From assembly GCA_022813865.1 (NCBI GenBank), contig JALDZX010000006.1:620001-684000 (forward strand): DNA of 64,000 nt. The letters are read 5' to 3'. Positions 47,301 to 60,583 of this stretch are shown here, piece after piece. The notes beneath the pieces are model-generated. The model saw nothing but the letters and a program-made list of their open reading frames with translations, searched no databases and had not been told where the DNA came from. Within the stretch, counting starts at the first letter, position 1. Every line of letters begins with the position of its first letter. The translations under genes and the position numbers were made by a program. Source of the stretch: Xylographa opegraphella (taxonomy: Eukaryota).

Positions 47301-50063
47301 GCTCTTCCCGCCATACTTGTATATCTTAGAGAAACGTGCTTGGATTTCCGCTGCAATTTGGCTGACCAGAGCCTTTGTAGGGGCAACATACACAAGTATT
47401 CCATCGTCATCCGCTCGAAGGACTTTCTCCATGGCATAAAAACTGATGAAAGTCTTCCCGGCGCTTGTTGGAGCAACAACAAAGACACTATGGTCGGCGT
47501 CGAGTTCATCGAGGACGCGGCGTTGCCAGCCATCAGGGTTAAATGGAACACGAGTATCTGGTTGCGAGTCCATGTTACGGTCCATGTAAGGACCGCAATA
47601 CAGGAGTTGAAAGTTAGTTGGTGAAATACCGATGGACAGCTTCACCGTTAATGGTTGTGGGATTTTAAAGCTGAACGTTAATGAATGATCAATGACTATA
47701 GCTGCTCCTTCGTTGTTCGGAGGCAGCCCTAGAATGCGGCAAACCTCTCGAGAGTGTGCAAGGATTTCCTTTGTCAGTCCACTTTCCATATTCCAGAGGC
47801 GCCTGATTTGGCTCCAGATCAGCGCTGCGATCTTGTACCCTTCGTCTCTTTTGACAGCTCTACAATATCCACACCAAATTTCCAGCAAAGACTGCAGACT
47901 GTAAAGAGTAATCTCAGCGTCCACGGTCGTTATTTTGTTCTTCGGAAGATCATCTTGGTAAGCCTTTATTCTCCGATACCGTGCCTCCGGGTCCACAATT
48001 CTGTCAAACGCTTCTCTCCTGTTAGCCCATGAAGCAAAGGTCAACTCCGCATACACATCCCTTTTAGCGAGGATGTTTGCTTTAGCAAGTTCTTTCGTCT
48101 TGTTGACTGTAGTTTTTCCTTTTTGCCCTGCTTTCTTATTATTAGGCAGGCTACCTGACTGAGGCTGCTGGGGGTTGCCAGGATTGGTAGGGGTTTTCTG
48201 AGCTCTAGATGACGAAGCCTTGGTATCTTTCTGCACAGTTATGGTCTGAGGCTCCAGGATTTTACCAGCGGCATTGGTCAAGCTGGCCGCATATTTGGCC
48301 ATCTCGTCCATATACCGCTGATTCGATCTGCGTAGACGCATTCCTGCTTTATCATTGCCAATTTGAACTATCTTTTTTCTATCGATGGCACGCTTCGGGT
48401 TGTGCCAATGACTTATCTCTCTGAAGATCCTGCTTGACCTTGCGTCAATGTCTATAGAATCGCGAATATCAACATCTATCTTAATGGACTTAAGATGCTG
48501 ATCAAACACTGTATTCGAAAATCGGAGGATACAAGGAACGACCTTCTGCTCTTTGGGTGGCGGTATCACTTTGCCTCCAAAATGGTTGTGGTCTGAGAAT
48601 TCTAATTGCACACCACTACTATGTAGAACAATATCAGCAGCGTAGATGAAATCTTCTCGGACCTCCCCGAAAAGCAATTTCGACATGGCTGTTCGATCCT
48701 GCACCATGAGAAGCACCATCTTGAAAACCCTTCCATCCACGAGGTCCATAAGATTGCACTGCTCCGCTCTTTTCTTATAGTACTGATTCCATCGATGGTT
48801 GTCCAGGGCTGCTCGAGCAATGAAAGCAAAGTCGACGAGAAATTTGCGGTAAGTCTTAGTCCCAGATTCATCAGCTAGCTCAATATGTTGTAGTCGGCGA
48901 GCTGATAGAGGTAGATAAGTCAGCAATATTGCGTGAAGGAGGAACGCCGATGCGATCCATGATACACTGGGCTGCTCCTCAACTAGCTTTGAAAGAGTAA
49001 AGATCACAAGGCTCATGCGTTCGGTCAGCACGGTGTGGATACTGACCGAGCTGTCTGACAGCATTTCTGGACTTGCGTAGTCCCGAGATTTGAGAGGCAG
49101 ACTGTCCAAGAAAGCGGAAACCGACTCCTCAAGATGTAAATTGCATAGTCCAATCTCCCGTAGTTCAGTTGCCGCCTCCCTCAATATCGTCATTTGGTCT
49201 TCATACTTCGACTGAACAAGGTTGCCACGTCTTCCCTCAACTATCATTGCCATTACCTAGGATACCTAAATTATACTGCTCGACGAAAATTGCGGGTAGT
49301 AGTACTAGTAGCTTGCATACCTTGGTGTCCTTCACTTCCAAACCGTTAACTAGTGCTACATTAAAGCCCGTTTTTATAAAATGTTGAATGGTCTTCCTTA
49401 GTGCGATCTTCTGCCAGCTTCCGTCCCGAGCATCTGTGATTGGTTGTTTCGTTTTCGATTCGATCGGTGCATAGGCCCCATCATGGCACATAACAAAGTA
49501 GATCGCGGAAGTTTCCAAGTAAGCTGTAAACGCCGGATCGTCGACTGAGTTGAAGCTATGGACCTCAATCTCAGAATGAGCCTCCGAGAGATGACAGGCA
49601 AGATGTCTCATAATGACCGATCGAGCAAGTAGATATAGATCTTTCATGGCGGAGTTTTGAGGTGGTATACAAAGAGCACGGTTGTCTGCAGATTCATATA
49701 AGTATCATCCAAACACGTTTGAACATTAGTAGGAGAATCTTGAAAGACAAACCACTGAAAAATACTACATGAAAGTTGCACATGCGTCGAACGAGGGTCT
49801 CAAGAAAGTACTCCACAGCATACACGGCGTGAAGAAGCTGAAACCCATCTATTCGTCTATGTTAGTCAGGAACCTCAAAGGAGTACGCGTATTCTTGTCG
49901 AAAATTGGGACCTACCTTCGAAATCGATCTTAACGTCTCCCAGGCAGTGAAGCAGTAGTGAGTCACCTTCCAAAAGGAATCTCTCATTTCCAGCGTAGTC
50001 GCCTACAAGATCGAGGATTCGATTCTGGAGCCCCTGGTACCACTCCAAGATCCCAGAATCCAT
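44304..50063 (-). CDS. Large Ski2-like DExD/H helicase, DDX60-like
   Basis: DLVGDYAGNERFLLEGDSLL N-terminus, FNPDGWQRRVLD, APTSAGKT, APTKALV, FDEIH, LSAT, RRGVGIHHAG, ATGTLALGINMPC, QCAGRAGRRGFD; five introns give an intact frame. Confidence 0.88.
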
Positions 50064-51435
50064 GACTGCTGTTGGCTTTTGGTGATCGCGTGAACAATGA
50101 TGTGAAAGGACTAGCTAAGTTGAGTTGACTATCGTGTAATGATAAGATCAGAACAGGGTAGAAAGTAGTGGTGCTGCGTAATAAGCGGGAGAGGAGGCTA
50201 AATAGGAACAGAATGTATTGACCGTGGAATGACGATGTTATTTCATGAGAAACAACTTCGAGTTGGGGATATCTGAAAATTATGAGCTTCTGAAATTTGG
50301 CTGTCAAATTCATGCAAGTTGATAGCTTAAGTCATGCTTTGATTGAGTTTACAGTGGCAGCCTTGTGTTGACTGATTTCGACAGCGAGATCTCACGGAAG
50401 GCTAATTGACTGCAAAGCGATGGAGAAACCACTGGAATATTGTAGTGTACAGCAATGTCTCTGATTAAATCTGGGTATTTCTAGGTATCTGCGAAGAGAG
50501 CACAAACAATTTGTGTGTGCAAAAGGTTTTGCATCGTCGTGTTGATTTTGGGAAATGCGCTAATGCTTAGTTCCCGTCCGTACCCGCTCCATAGCGTTCG
50601 TAGCCAGGGAGCCAGGCTCGGCAGGTAAGTCCCTTGTCTCTACCTAATGTATCTTGTGGCTGCTGTACGGTAGGTTACCTTATGGAGAGCCTGGAGGTAC
50701 TTCGTAACTTCTCGGCTCTCAGTCCCAATACAGAGGTGCTTCAAGGGGAGCTAGACCCTGGAATGAGAGATTCATCTTGAGGGAGTAAGTCCAGAGGGCC
50801 CCAAGTACGCTTCGGCCGATTGTTCGACACAGCGATCTGGTAACAGCTCCGCATAGCACTTCCGAATTTTGAGATTATGAGTTCGCAGTCATAATTATTC
50901 AATCACAATCCTGTTCCTTGATCAGACAAAGGACAAGACTGTGGTAAAGAGCTCCACAAAAACTGTACGAGCAAACGTTCATATTTGAGATCGCTAAAGG
51001 GAACCCTCGTACTTCCGTGCGTGAAATGAGGAAACACCGTGTACGATCAGATCGAGGACAGCTGGACTGGTCGCTTCAAGATGTCAATGCCCATGCTCTA
51101 ATGGAAGACTTCTGAGGTAAACTGGACTAGGATGCAGAACAATCACCAACACCTGGATGGCACTCGATACTCATACCTGTTACGGATCTTGAGAGTCATC
51201 GACCAAGGGTCGAGAAGGAGAGGAGGATGGTTCTTGATCATGCTTTTGAATGCTCATATCCGACTATCTACACACCTTAGCTACCGTGGGTATCATAATG
51301 CCGCCTGTAGACAAGAGGAAAACACTCAAAGCCGAGAGATTCAATGCAAACATAAAAGTAAACGGTAACAATGATTATACTGTCCGAAACGCTATGCAAG
51401 GATCCTCCCAATACCTTCATTCCGTATCTTACGAC

Positions 51436-53652
51436 TCATAACCTGTTTTCGAGGGAAGAGTGCACAATGTCACTCCCTTTCTGTTTCTTCAAAGCTTTTG
51501 CCAGCATCAGCTCTCGCATCCAGTCAATACGTTCGTTGCCAGTCTTCACGGCAAAATGGTGACTCTTTCCGGTCGCAGCATTGAGGATACCCTTCTTCTC
51601 GGCCGCTGGTACCAGCTGGAATGCGAACGCGGAGACATCACCATCCTTTTTCTTACCGCTAATCTGTAGACGTTTGAAAGCCGAATTGAGCTTGCCAGAG
51701 CCGAGAGATGAGCATGCCACGGCGTAATCATCGACATCAATATACTCCAGAGCATTCGTGGTCATCTCATCTTTGTGCATAGCAAGTCTGGTCCCATTGA
51801 GGCGGAAATGGTTCTCGTGCCATTCGTGGCGCAGCATTTTAGTCTTGCGCTTCTTCATCCACCCTGTGTAGTTGATATCTTCTACTGTTGCTGTCAAGTC
51901 CTTGACAGGAGTGATGGGCTGGTTCTCGGCAACAGGCGCCATAGCAAAGCTAGGTCGGTGTCGATTCTTTGCATGTGAAGTAGACCTCTCGATTGTTGCA
52001 AAGTTTCTGGACGGAGACAGAGCCAAATCGAGGTTTGGGCGACGATTCTCCAGGCGAGAAGTTGAGCGCTGAATGGGCTCGGCTCCACCATATCGCATAT
52101 CCGGAGGTACGGACGATGAGAAGTCTCGTTCGATGGGGCCACAGGGTATTGCCGTGACGGGAACGTCCATTTCGGAAGCGGGGCTATCAATCCTGTATAT
52201 GCTGTGGTAGGAACTCTGATCCCTTAAATCCATGGCTGTAAGGGGGGTACCTCGCTTAAAAGGAATAGCTGTACGATCCTGCGAAGATGCATCCACAGCC
52301 GACTCGCTGGGAATCGTCAGCTTCGGCAAACTCCTAAGGTTTGTGTGTGGTGCTTGAGGTTTAGGTGGTGATAGTGGGGGAAACATTTCGTAAGGAGGAG
52401 TAGCAGGATCTTCAGGTACTGGCCTGTTCATGTGCTGAAAGGTCAAGAACTGACGGACGTTCTCTTGAGGATCGCGTGTTTGGACAACCTTAAGAGCATT
52501 TTCCTCCAAACGGACGGGTGGTAGTTGTGTAGGACCAAGAACATCCGAGGAACCAACGACCGAAGACATAAGGAAAGAGTTCGGGCCAACTCCGGATTCC
52601 ACAGGAGAAGGATTCGCTGCATGAATTTGTTGAAATTCCACTGGAAATTCTGTTGCGATCATGGCCAACTTGCGTTGCTGCTTCCGCCATTTCGAACAAT
52701 TCTCTCCTTTCGAACACTTATGAGGCTTCGGGAGAAGCTGCTCAATCGCGACGATCGAAGCGGACTCAGCCGGCGATATAACGTCGTCCGAGCGGCGGCC
52801 CCTTCGGGCGTGTCGCTGACCAGCAGTCGGCGATCGGATGTGATCATCCTCCGGACTGTCTGGACTGGAACAGTTCTTTCGATAAGCATCAGGTTTGACT
52901 TCTTCCCGTTGCTGATGGGGCGAAAAGCAATAGTCTTCGGGGAGAGTCCGAGGTGCTTGATTGATAAGTTTTCCCCTTAGATTACGGATTTCGTTCCATA
53001 ACCGATGACGATGACCGAATGAAGTAATACCTAACTCCTTGAGGTCTTCGTACTTCAGGTCGATAAGTGTAGCACCTGAAATGTCGTTTTGGAAGAAAAG
53101 CTCAATCATGGATCGCTCAAAACCTGTCTTTTGCATCCACTCAGCCACTTCACGTGGGGTCCATAAAGCTAGAGAAGCGGCGCCCAACTGTTGCTGCGGC
53201 GTCGATTTTGCTAATTGAGGCAGTCGCTGTGCAGGACCAGCCGTATACTCATGTGGCGAAACGGGAGGAGACATGGATAGGTAGAAGTCAACATCTTGCG
53301 AAGTTTCCTGGGTAACACGGAACAAATGCGGGCCAACGGGTCCTTCTACTGGTGGCTTTTTCGGGATACTCTGGTCCAGCTGGAAGTTAAATGCGTCGAA
53401 GCCATCAGTCGCATTGTTTGGCGTCCTCAATTCATCGAAAGAGGACAACGTTGTATCACTCTGCTTTCCAGTCTGCGATCATTTAGCTCGGATCTCCTGC
53501 ACGAGCACGCAGGTTGTACTAACGGAATCTTCGCTCCTCCGACCCGAGTACTCCTCAAGATCGCTTGAATCATCCTCGAATTCTGTCTCATATAGCTCAG
53601 TCACAAAAGTCGACCGCGCTGCGGTTCCTCTTGACGAATACACGGACGGCAT
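51436..53652 (-). CDS. SAM- and PH-domain protein
   Basis: SAM (WTPREVAEWM...NDISGATLIDL..EDLKELGITSFGHR) and C-terminal PH (YTGWMKKR...HHFAVKTGNERIDWMRELMLAKA); first exon MPSVYSSRG...EDS spliced through a GTTAGT...CAG intron. Confidence 0.85.
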
Positions 53653-56600
53653 GAGACCTTTCTGATAAATTTCAAGTCTTGCCTGGTAAGAGTTCGGATT
53701 GACGAATGCCTAAAATGAAATCAGTATACAGCGATATACGAGCCTCCTGTTTGCGAGAGCGTACCATTGCCGAAGCCTGATGTTGGAATATAAGGGAAAT
53801 GGAAGAGCACCGCCAATGATCTGGGCAGGTATGCGTTGCCACCAAATTCTGACGAAGGCAAATCAATCATCAAGAGCATCCGAATCGCTGGTATGACAAG
53901 AAAGGTCTCACGGACGGCCCTGCGGGCGTGGCGGGCGCTTCTGTACTTATGTACGGAGTGCAGGCTGGTCATTGGAAATCCGCAGCAGTGGAAAGCCATT
54001 CTTAGTGGGCACGAAGGGGCATTGAGTCCGGGGGTCGGCACTGTGACCATCACATCTCTGCTGCTGCAGTATCAAGAACATTGGGCGGCATAAAGTGCGT
54101 GCAGCACTGAAGAGCGACTCGCTAGCAGGAGGCTAGAGCGGCCCTAACGTGCCTATCCCGGGACTTGTGCCTTAGAGTACATAAATAGCGTGTCGCCATG
54201 CTGAGCTGCCACCAGTGATGTTGCCTCGCAGCCCTCTCCACCTGACCTGTAGCCGCCGAGGGGACGCCTGCGAAGCTGCCGACGGGGATGGAGCTCTGGG
54301 CGCGAGCCACTTCCAGTGTGACGAGCAAATCATCTCATCGGCTGCATGCGAGGAACTTTAAGCTTTCTCTTCGTCACGAAAGTCTCCGCCACCGAGAGAT
54401 GGTAGCATGGATGGTACGGAGTAAGGTCAGGTAGAACGTTGCGAAGCTTGTTCTGCGGATCAATAGGTCGGCTCGCTCAATTGGAGCTTTACGCTCCGAT
54501 CAATTCAAGTCTCAAGAGATCTGAATTGGGGTCTGGTCCCTGTGCGCAAAGCCACTGCCTACACATGATCGGCCGAGCGACCTGGGAGTTGCGCAGTAGC
54601 TCTTCGTTGATCCCGATATAGGGTGGACGGGTTGTGCCAGATCACTAGCGCTGCCTATTCCCGTCAGAGAGAGAAGCCAATATCAAATGCTTGGAGAGTC
54701 TCTTGCGGAGATAGACTTCTTTGGTTGCTATTCTTGTTGCACGGTGTCTATTCTGAGCATGAGCAGCACTAGAGAATGTTTATATATGATCGGACCAGCT
54801 GCGTGTTGCGAGGGCGAGAGCCAGCATCTATCGTGTTTCTGAATTGAACCAGTAAGTCCAGTTCCATCAAGTCACACGTTTGCTCTATCTTTCTACTATG
54901 GAATGCATGTTTTCTTCTTCGAGAGCTGTTAGTCGACGAGAGCACAGCATAGCATAGCTTACCATTTCATAAAGAGTCCGTATCCTCAGCTGCGAGTTGC
55001 ATTGAGGTACTGCGTTGCTGGTCATACCTCTCACACGCTGTGTATTTATTTCAAAATGCCTTATGGAGATCCGGTTGCCGACCGGTTCAAGAAATCCTGC
55101 CATATGGGGGAAGGAATCGATCAGTCTTGCAGCTGCCCCCGAATTTTCTTCCGCATGGATATGTGGTACAGTCCGAACCATCCTGCAACTGCGGAAGAAC
55201 TCTTACGCGACGCTATATTGCCAGCTCAACCACCATGATCGTGTTTGTGTAAGCACGATGTCGCGGTGACCGAGTTCTACGGAGACTCGAGCTGCCGAGT
55301 CACACGAAGTCGTTCGCGGTGTAGATGAATGACCAGAGGCGTGTCTCAATCCTCCAACGGTCGCAGGGACCACACACGTTGCCACCATCACCAGTGACGG
55401 CGCAGTTGTGGATGGACACAATTACCATCAATTTCCACGAAAAGGTCTATTCCAGGAGACAATATGCGACAAATTCGCCCGTCCAGGCTCTAGTGACCGT
55501 ACCGAAGGAATCACTCATAATTTAGGCAATTTATTTTTAGTGACGGCCCGCGCACGGAATGTTGGCAAAATAGCGAAAACGGGGTCATGGGAGTCTCGGG
55601 GGTGAGTGGGGCTGGGCGCGTAAAGCCGACTAATTCGTTCGTTTCGGAGGACGCCAAGGAGGCTTGCAAGTAATGCGCGATGCGAGCCGCTGACGGGCCG
55701 CGTTCATTGGACGCCGATGGACCAGATTGGAGCCAGATGGAGACTAGATGGACACCTCTCAAGAGCAAAGCTGTTTGGCTTTGGCTACTTAGCGCACGAT
55801 CCAAACCCCCGGCTCGAAGCTCGGACCAGACACTAAGGTATCCACCTACCTTACACGGTAAAGGCAAGGTAAGGTAGGCATCTTTCCAGGCCCCGAAGCC
55901 TATCACGGCGCTGCAGCCGCCTCCGTCCCACGTCGAGCTAATGCATGCCGTCCTCCACCCCTGCCGTTTGTGGACGCGGGAGAGCCAACTGTTCCCACAA
56001 TGCCCTTGTATATTGCGCATCCCTGCTGCTCTGCACTCGCCCCGCGACCGGATTCGCGATTCTGATTGGTCTCTGAGGACGCAATCTGGCTGGATCGTCG
56101 TTGGTCGGCAACCGCATTGCGAAGTGAGGGGAAGTTGGCAGGGACCGCTTTTCGCGGACCAGAATGGGAACGTGCTCTACGGAGCACTGCTGAGCTGTGT
56201 ACTCGTGATCTGGACAATATTCATGACGCGGGTCCGAGGGGCCGAGGGCGTGGAGGCATCGCGGAGTCCGTATCCCTTGATTCCACTCGGGGGGACGTGG
56301 ATGTGAATTAATCAATGCGCGGGAACACGGTCGTGATTGGAGCCCGTCGGACAGGTGAGTGGCGCTCGGATAGAGACCTATCTACCCATGGTGCAAAGGT
56401 GAATGACGACCTGTACTGTAGTCTACTCCGTGAAGCAGTAGAGCTTCCAAGTTCCTCCCCTCCCCCCCACCCAATTCGGTGCGTGGAGGTCGAGGGCCAA
56501 TATTCGTGCCTTGCTGGCGACCGACTTTCCCGTCAGTGCCTGGGTAAGGTAAGGTAGGCCCTCAGCTGCCCTGGTCCTGGCTTGGACCGGAAGGGTGCAG

Positions 56601-57321
56601 CATGCGACTCGTTCCTTTTCGTTGAACGCCGCCCAGACCGATGAACCAATGGTGGAATGCTAGCACGGGCTGATATGAACGACACCTTCACCTTCCCACC
56701 GCGAGAGAGCTTTTTTAGGATATCCACAGGGGACCCTATCCCTTGCTTGCCGATGTGGCATGGGCTGCAGTGCGAGGCGGCTGGCAGCAGTGCGTGGGTC
56801 GTGACTGGACGAAGCGGAGGTTCAAACCCTGCGCATGCTTTGGCGGTGGTGGGCAGCATCGCAGACACTCGGCCAATCGTCGCGCGCGTTGTCAATGTTT
56901 GGCAGCCACCACTTTTACTGCCAGATCCGAACGGCTGGTCTCGTGGAGATAATCCCGTACTGGTTGCTGCCATGTTCAAATTTAGAACAGCGGCCTTGGG
57001 CGTTGTCGAGCCCGCATCCGTACCCGTCAGATCCATATATTAATGTGCCCGCGCCCTACGTACACCAAAGCCCCCAGGCTCTCCACGGCAGTCCCTGTGT
57101 ATACTGTTCCTTGATCGGTCGCGTCGACTCCCATCGAAGCCAGCTGGTCAGGCTTTGATATACTCTCTCTTCATCTGATACCCCGTCTCCGGATTCGTGG
57201 TCGACTCGCCCGCCCCGCCACCGTCAGACCTGTGCTCTTCGTCGGTTCGTGCATTTTAACAGCATATATATATACCCCACTGCCACATCGTGCTCCATCG
57301 GAAATCGTGTCATCGATTGTC

Positions 57322-59413
57322 ATGTCGAACAAAGAGTCCCGCAAGACCACCGCCGTGGTCGCTCCCAAATCCACCCCGCCCAGACCGACGCCCACTCTCA
57401 ACACCAACACCGGCACCGGCACCGGCACCAAGATGCATAAGCGATCGCGATCAGGTGAGCCGCCCGCGCCCCCCCTCGCCCATCTCGGGCATGCCGGCCG
57501 TAGTGCTAATGTAGCGCGCAGGTTGTTTTACATGTCGGCTGCGGAGGAAGAAATGCGACGAAGGATCGCCGCAGTGCAAGGCATGCAAGCACCTCGGCCT
57601 GAAGTGCGAATACAAGCGGCCGGTGTGGTGGAGCAATAACGAGCAGCGGAAGGCGCAAAAGGAAACGATCAAGAACATCATCAAGCGCACGAAGCTGTCC
57701 GAGAAGACCAGCCAAGCACCCGCCGCCCCCGGGGTCGAGTCGCCTCCGGCGCTGTCGCATTCGCTACCGACTTCCGCGACGTACTCGGATGTCAACGCCC
57801 GCACGCGCGCCGTGTCGGTGGACTCGCAGTACTCGCTCGAGTATGACTTCAATCAGCCGCCGGTGCAAGAGCCCTTCGACCTCTACCATCCGCAGGTCTT
57901 TACGCCTCAAATCGAATCACACTTACACTATCAGCCGTACCCATCCACGCCGTACGAAGTGGACATCAAGACCGAGCGTCAAATGTTCGTGAACGATGTC
58001 CCTACCCGTCGAGACTCGTCGATCTCGACCTTCAGCACCTTCCAACCGCCTCCATCCCATGATAGCTTCCCGCCCTTGCCGGAGGATGCGTGGGTTCAAG
58101 AAGACATTTACGAGGCCCACGGTCACCTTTTCAGCCCTCCCGAAGAAGGTCTCGACTTCAATTTCTTTGACTTCTCGCACGGTCCGCCTCACCCTTCCCA
58201 TCAATCGGTCATCCGTGTCGATGACTGCGATCGGCCGCTCTTGGATCATTTCATCGACAATGTCCTCCGTCTGATCTTTCCCATTCTGGAGGTCAATCAG
58301 CATGGTTCGGCGAGGTCCGAAGTCATCCTTCCCGCACTCGAGTCCAATAAATGCTACCTACACTGCTGTCTGAGTATCGCGGCCATCCACCTCAAGTCAA
58401 CCCAGGGTATACAGGGCGAACAGATCGATAGCGACATCATGCGGCATCGCTATGCCACAATCTCGGAACTATGCGAGGCTCTCAACCGCGACACGGACCA
58501 CCTCCAAATTTTGGAGGCAACATTAGGCATGATATTCTTCCAATGTTCTGTTGGCCGACCAGACGACTGTCTACCCGACATCCCGTGGCATCAGCACTTC
58601 CAAGCTGCGACGAGTCTTGTGCGGAAGCTGGAGTTACCCGATACTTTTGCGCATGGCAATAGCTCGCAAATGCACCCACCGTTCAATATGACTTTGACAT
58701 CATGGATCGATATCTTGGGCGCCACCATGCTCGGAAGGGCTCCACAGTTTGCGAATACGTACAGGGACAAACATTTGAGCGCATCGACCTCGGGATTGTG
58801 TGAGCTGATGGGATGTGAAGACCGCATGATGTACTTGATATCAGAGATCGCTTGTTTGGAGGCATTGAAGCTCGGAAACGTGCTGGACGACATGCAGCTG
58901 TGCGAGCATATCAAACTTCTTGGGCAGCAGATGGATTTGACGGAACCAGCCCCGGGAGCAGTGGATCTGCCGTATTCTTCCACTGGCGCGATCCGGCCAA
59001 AGCAACTGTCACGTAACATGACCGCAATGTTCCGCGTGGCGGCACGGATCTGGCTATGCAGCCTTGTGCCAGGTTCAAGCAAATATGATCAGTCTATGAT
59101 GGACCTGGTTGCACGATTTGCTGCACTTTTCGAATTCATCCCCTCTGGACCCGACGGATTTGATCGTTCTTTGGTGTGGCCATTGTTGATTGGAGGAGCC
59201 CACAGCACCGACTCATCCGCATTCCGCCACGTTTTCGCGGACAGGATAGTGTGCCTCGGGGAACAGGCAGAGTTCGGGAGCTTCGGCCGGATGGTGCGTC
59301 TGCTTCAGGAAGTCTGGCGTCAATCCGACGAAGAAAGTAAGATGGGGGAACGACAGAACGTCCACTGGCGGGACGTGATGCGGCAAAAGGGCTGGGACTT
59401 CCTACTGATATAA
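57322..59413 (+). CDS. pro1: Zn(II)2Cys6 developmental transcription factor of the PRO1/NosA/ADV-1 family
   Basis: MHKRSRSG|CFTCRLRRKKCDEGSPQCKACKHLGLKCEYKRPVWW (intron 57455..57521), YEVDIKTERQMFVND, IPWHQHFQAA, GFDRSLVWP, VHWRDVM..GWDFLLI. Confidence 0.92.
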
Positions 59414-59889
59414 TCAATCTTGATGATTGCTTCGGCTGGTAGTCATATTTCCCACAATAATGAGCGCATCCTGGTCTGTCGGCTTTGACCTCGTTTCCGA
59501 AACTCGCTGCTTGTGGGTTCGAGTGGACATTGATGAGGATATTATGAAAAGATGGGAGCATTGGGAGCACTGGAGGCGTAAAGGGAGAACTGCATGGAAG
59601 CCATCGATATGGGTTGGCTGCGAACAAGATATGATCACGACCGGTGTCTCAGGGAGATTTTAGATCGGGAGTGGAGTTTAGGCTTGGGATGGAGGACGTA
59701 ACATTCCCTCCTCGGCCTTCTTTGATACACGGTCCGTAAGATACGTTGACCAAGTTTTCAGACCATCTGGAGAGCAATTCCTCCGAGGCAGAGCCAGATG
59801 CTGGCCACCACTTTGTACATACAAACGACATGGTCTCCACCTGCTGCAAAGGCCTTTGCGCCGAAGCAGTAAACATTGTTTAACGACAC

Positions 59890-60020
59890 TAAATAAATAA
59901 TTAATTAATTGAATAATTAAATGAATAATTAAATGATCAAATATCTAAACAGTCAAAACTTGAAAAATCCCAAAATCCCAAAATACCAAAATCAAATGAT
60001 CAAATGATCAAATGATCAGT
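59890..60020. repeat. AT-rich cluster of short tandem repeats
   Basis: GAATAATTAAAT x2, CCCAAAAT-like x3, ATCAAATG x3 within 130 bp. Confidence 0.65.
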
Positions 60021-60583
60021 TGAAAAGTCGCAACTCAATGATAGTATGCCTCGGACAACCGACGTCACTATGCTACCGTTGACCACACTCGCATGGCCCC
60101 AGGAACAGCTGTTGGGGAAGATTGGATCAGCGTGCTTGCAGAATCACTACGTCAGCCCACAAGCTTGAGGTGTACATGATCCGAAATCCTCAAAATAGTT
60201 GAGGGCGAATGATTCGATTTTGTTCGAGCCGCAAGACATGACCAAGATCCCCCCACCTTGGCAAAAAGGTTTGACGGAGTATATCTTCAGGCTCGGCCCC
60301 GAACCTACGTATGTCCGAGCGGGTTTCCCAACTCCTATACATTGTTATCCTGCGCGGCCATCGCGATTCCGAGCGCCGACGCCTCCAGGCTGGAAACCAG
60401 CTGGCCTACTCATGGCCCGTCCCGCACGATATAAAAGGGCGTCGAATCCACCTCGGCGGACCATCAGGCTACTTCGCGGCGTCCCCACCGAAGCCTCAAG
60501 TTCCGGTATAATTGCCTGACCTCCTTCAAGCAAGTAATCGACACCATTCCTTCCTGCTCCCTAGAGGCTTGTCCTCATCTACG

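Noticed and set aside
50560..50630. Faint resemblance to 5S rRNA (CCCGTCCG...CCATAG...AGCCAG)
   Set aside because: Only short scattered matches; no terminal helix or internal promoter box C.
56810..56835. tRNA T-arm/B-box-like GGTTCAAACCC
   Set aside because: No acceptor, D or anticodon arms can be formed around it.
55500..57160. Many 100-170 aa overlapping ORFs upstream of pro1, and antisense ORFs over real genes elsewhere
   Set aside because: GC-rich non-coding or shadow frames with no recognisable motifs, many lacking a true ATG.
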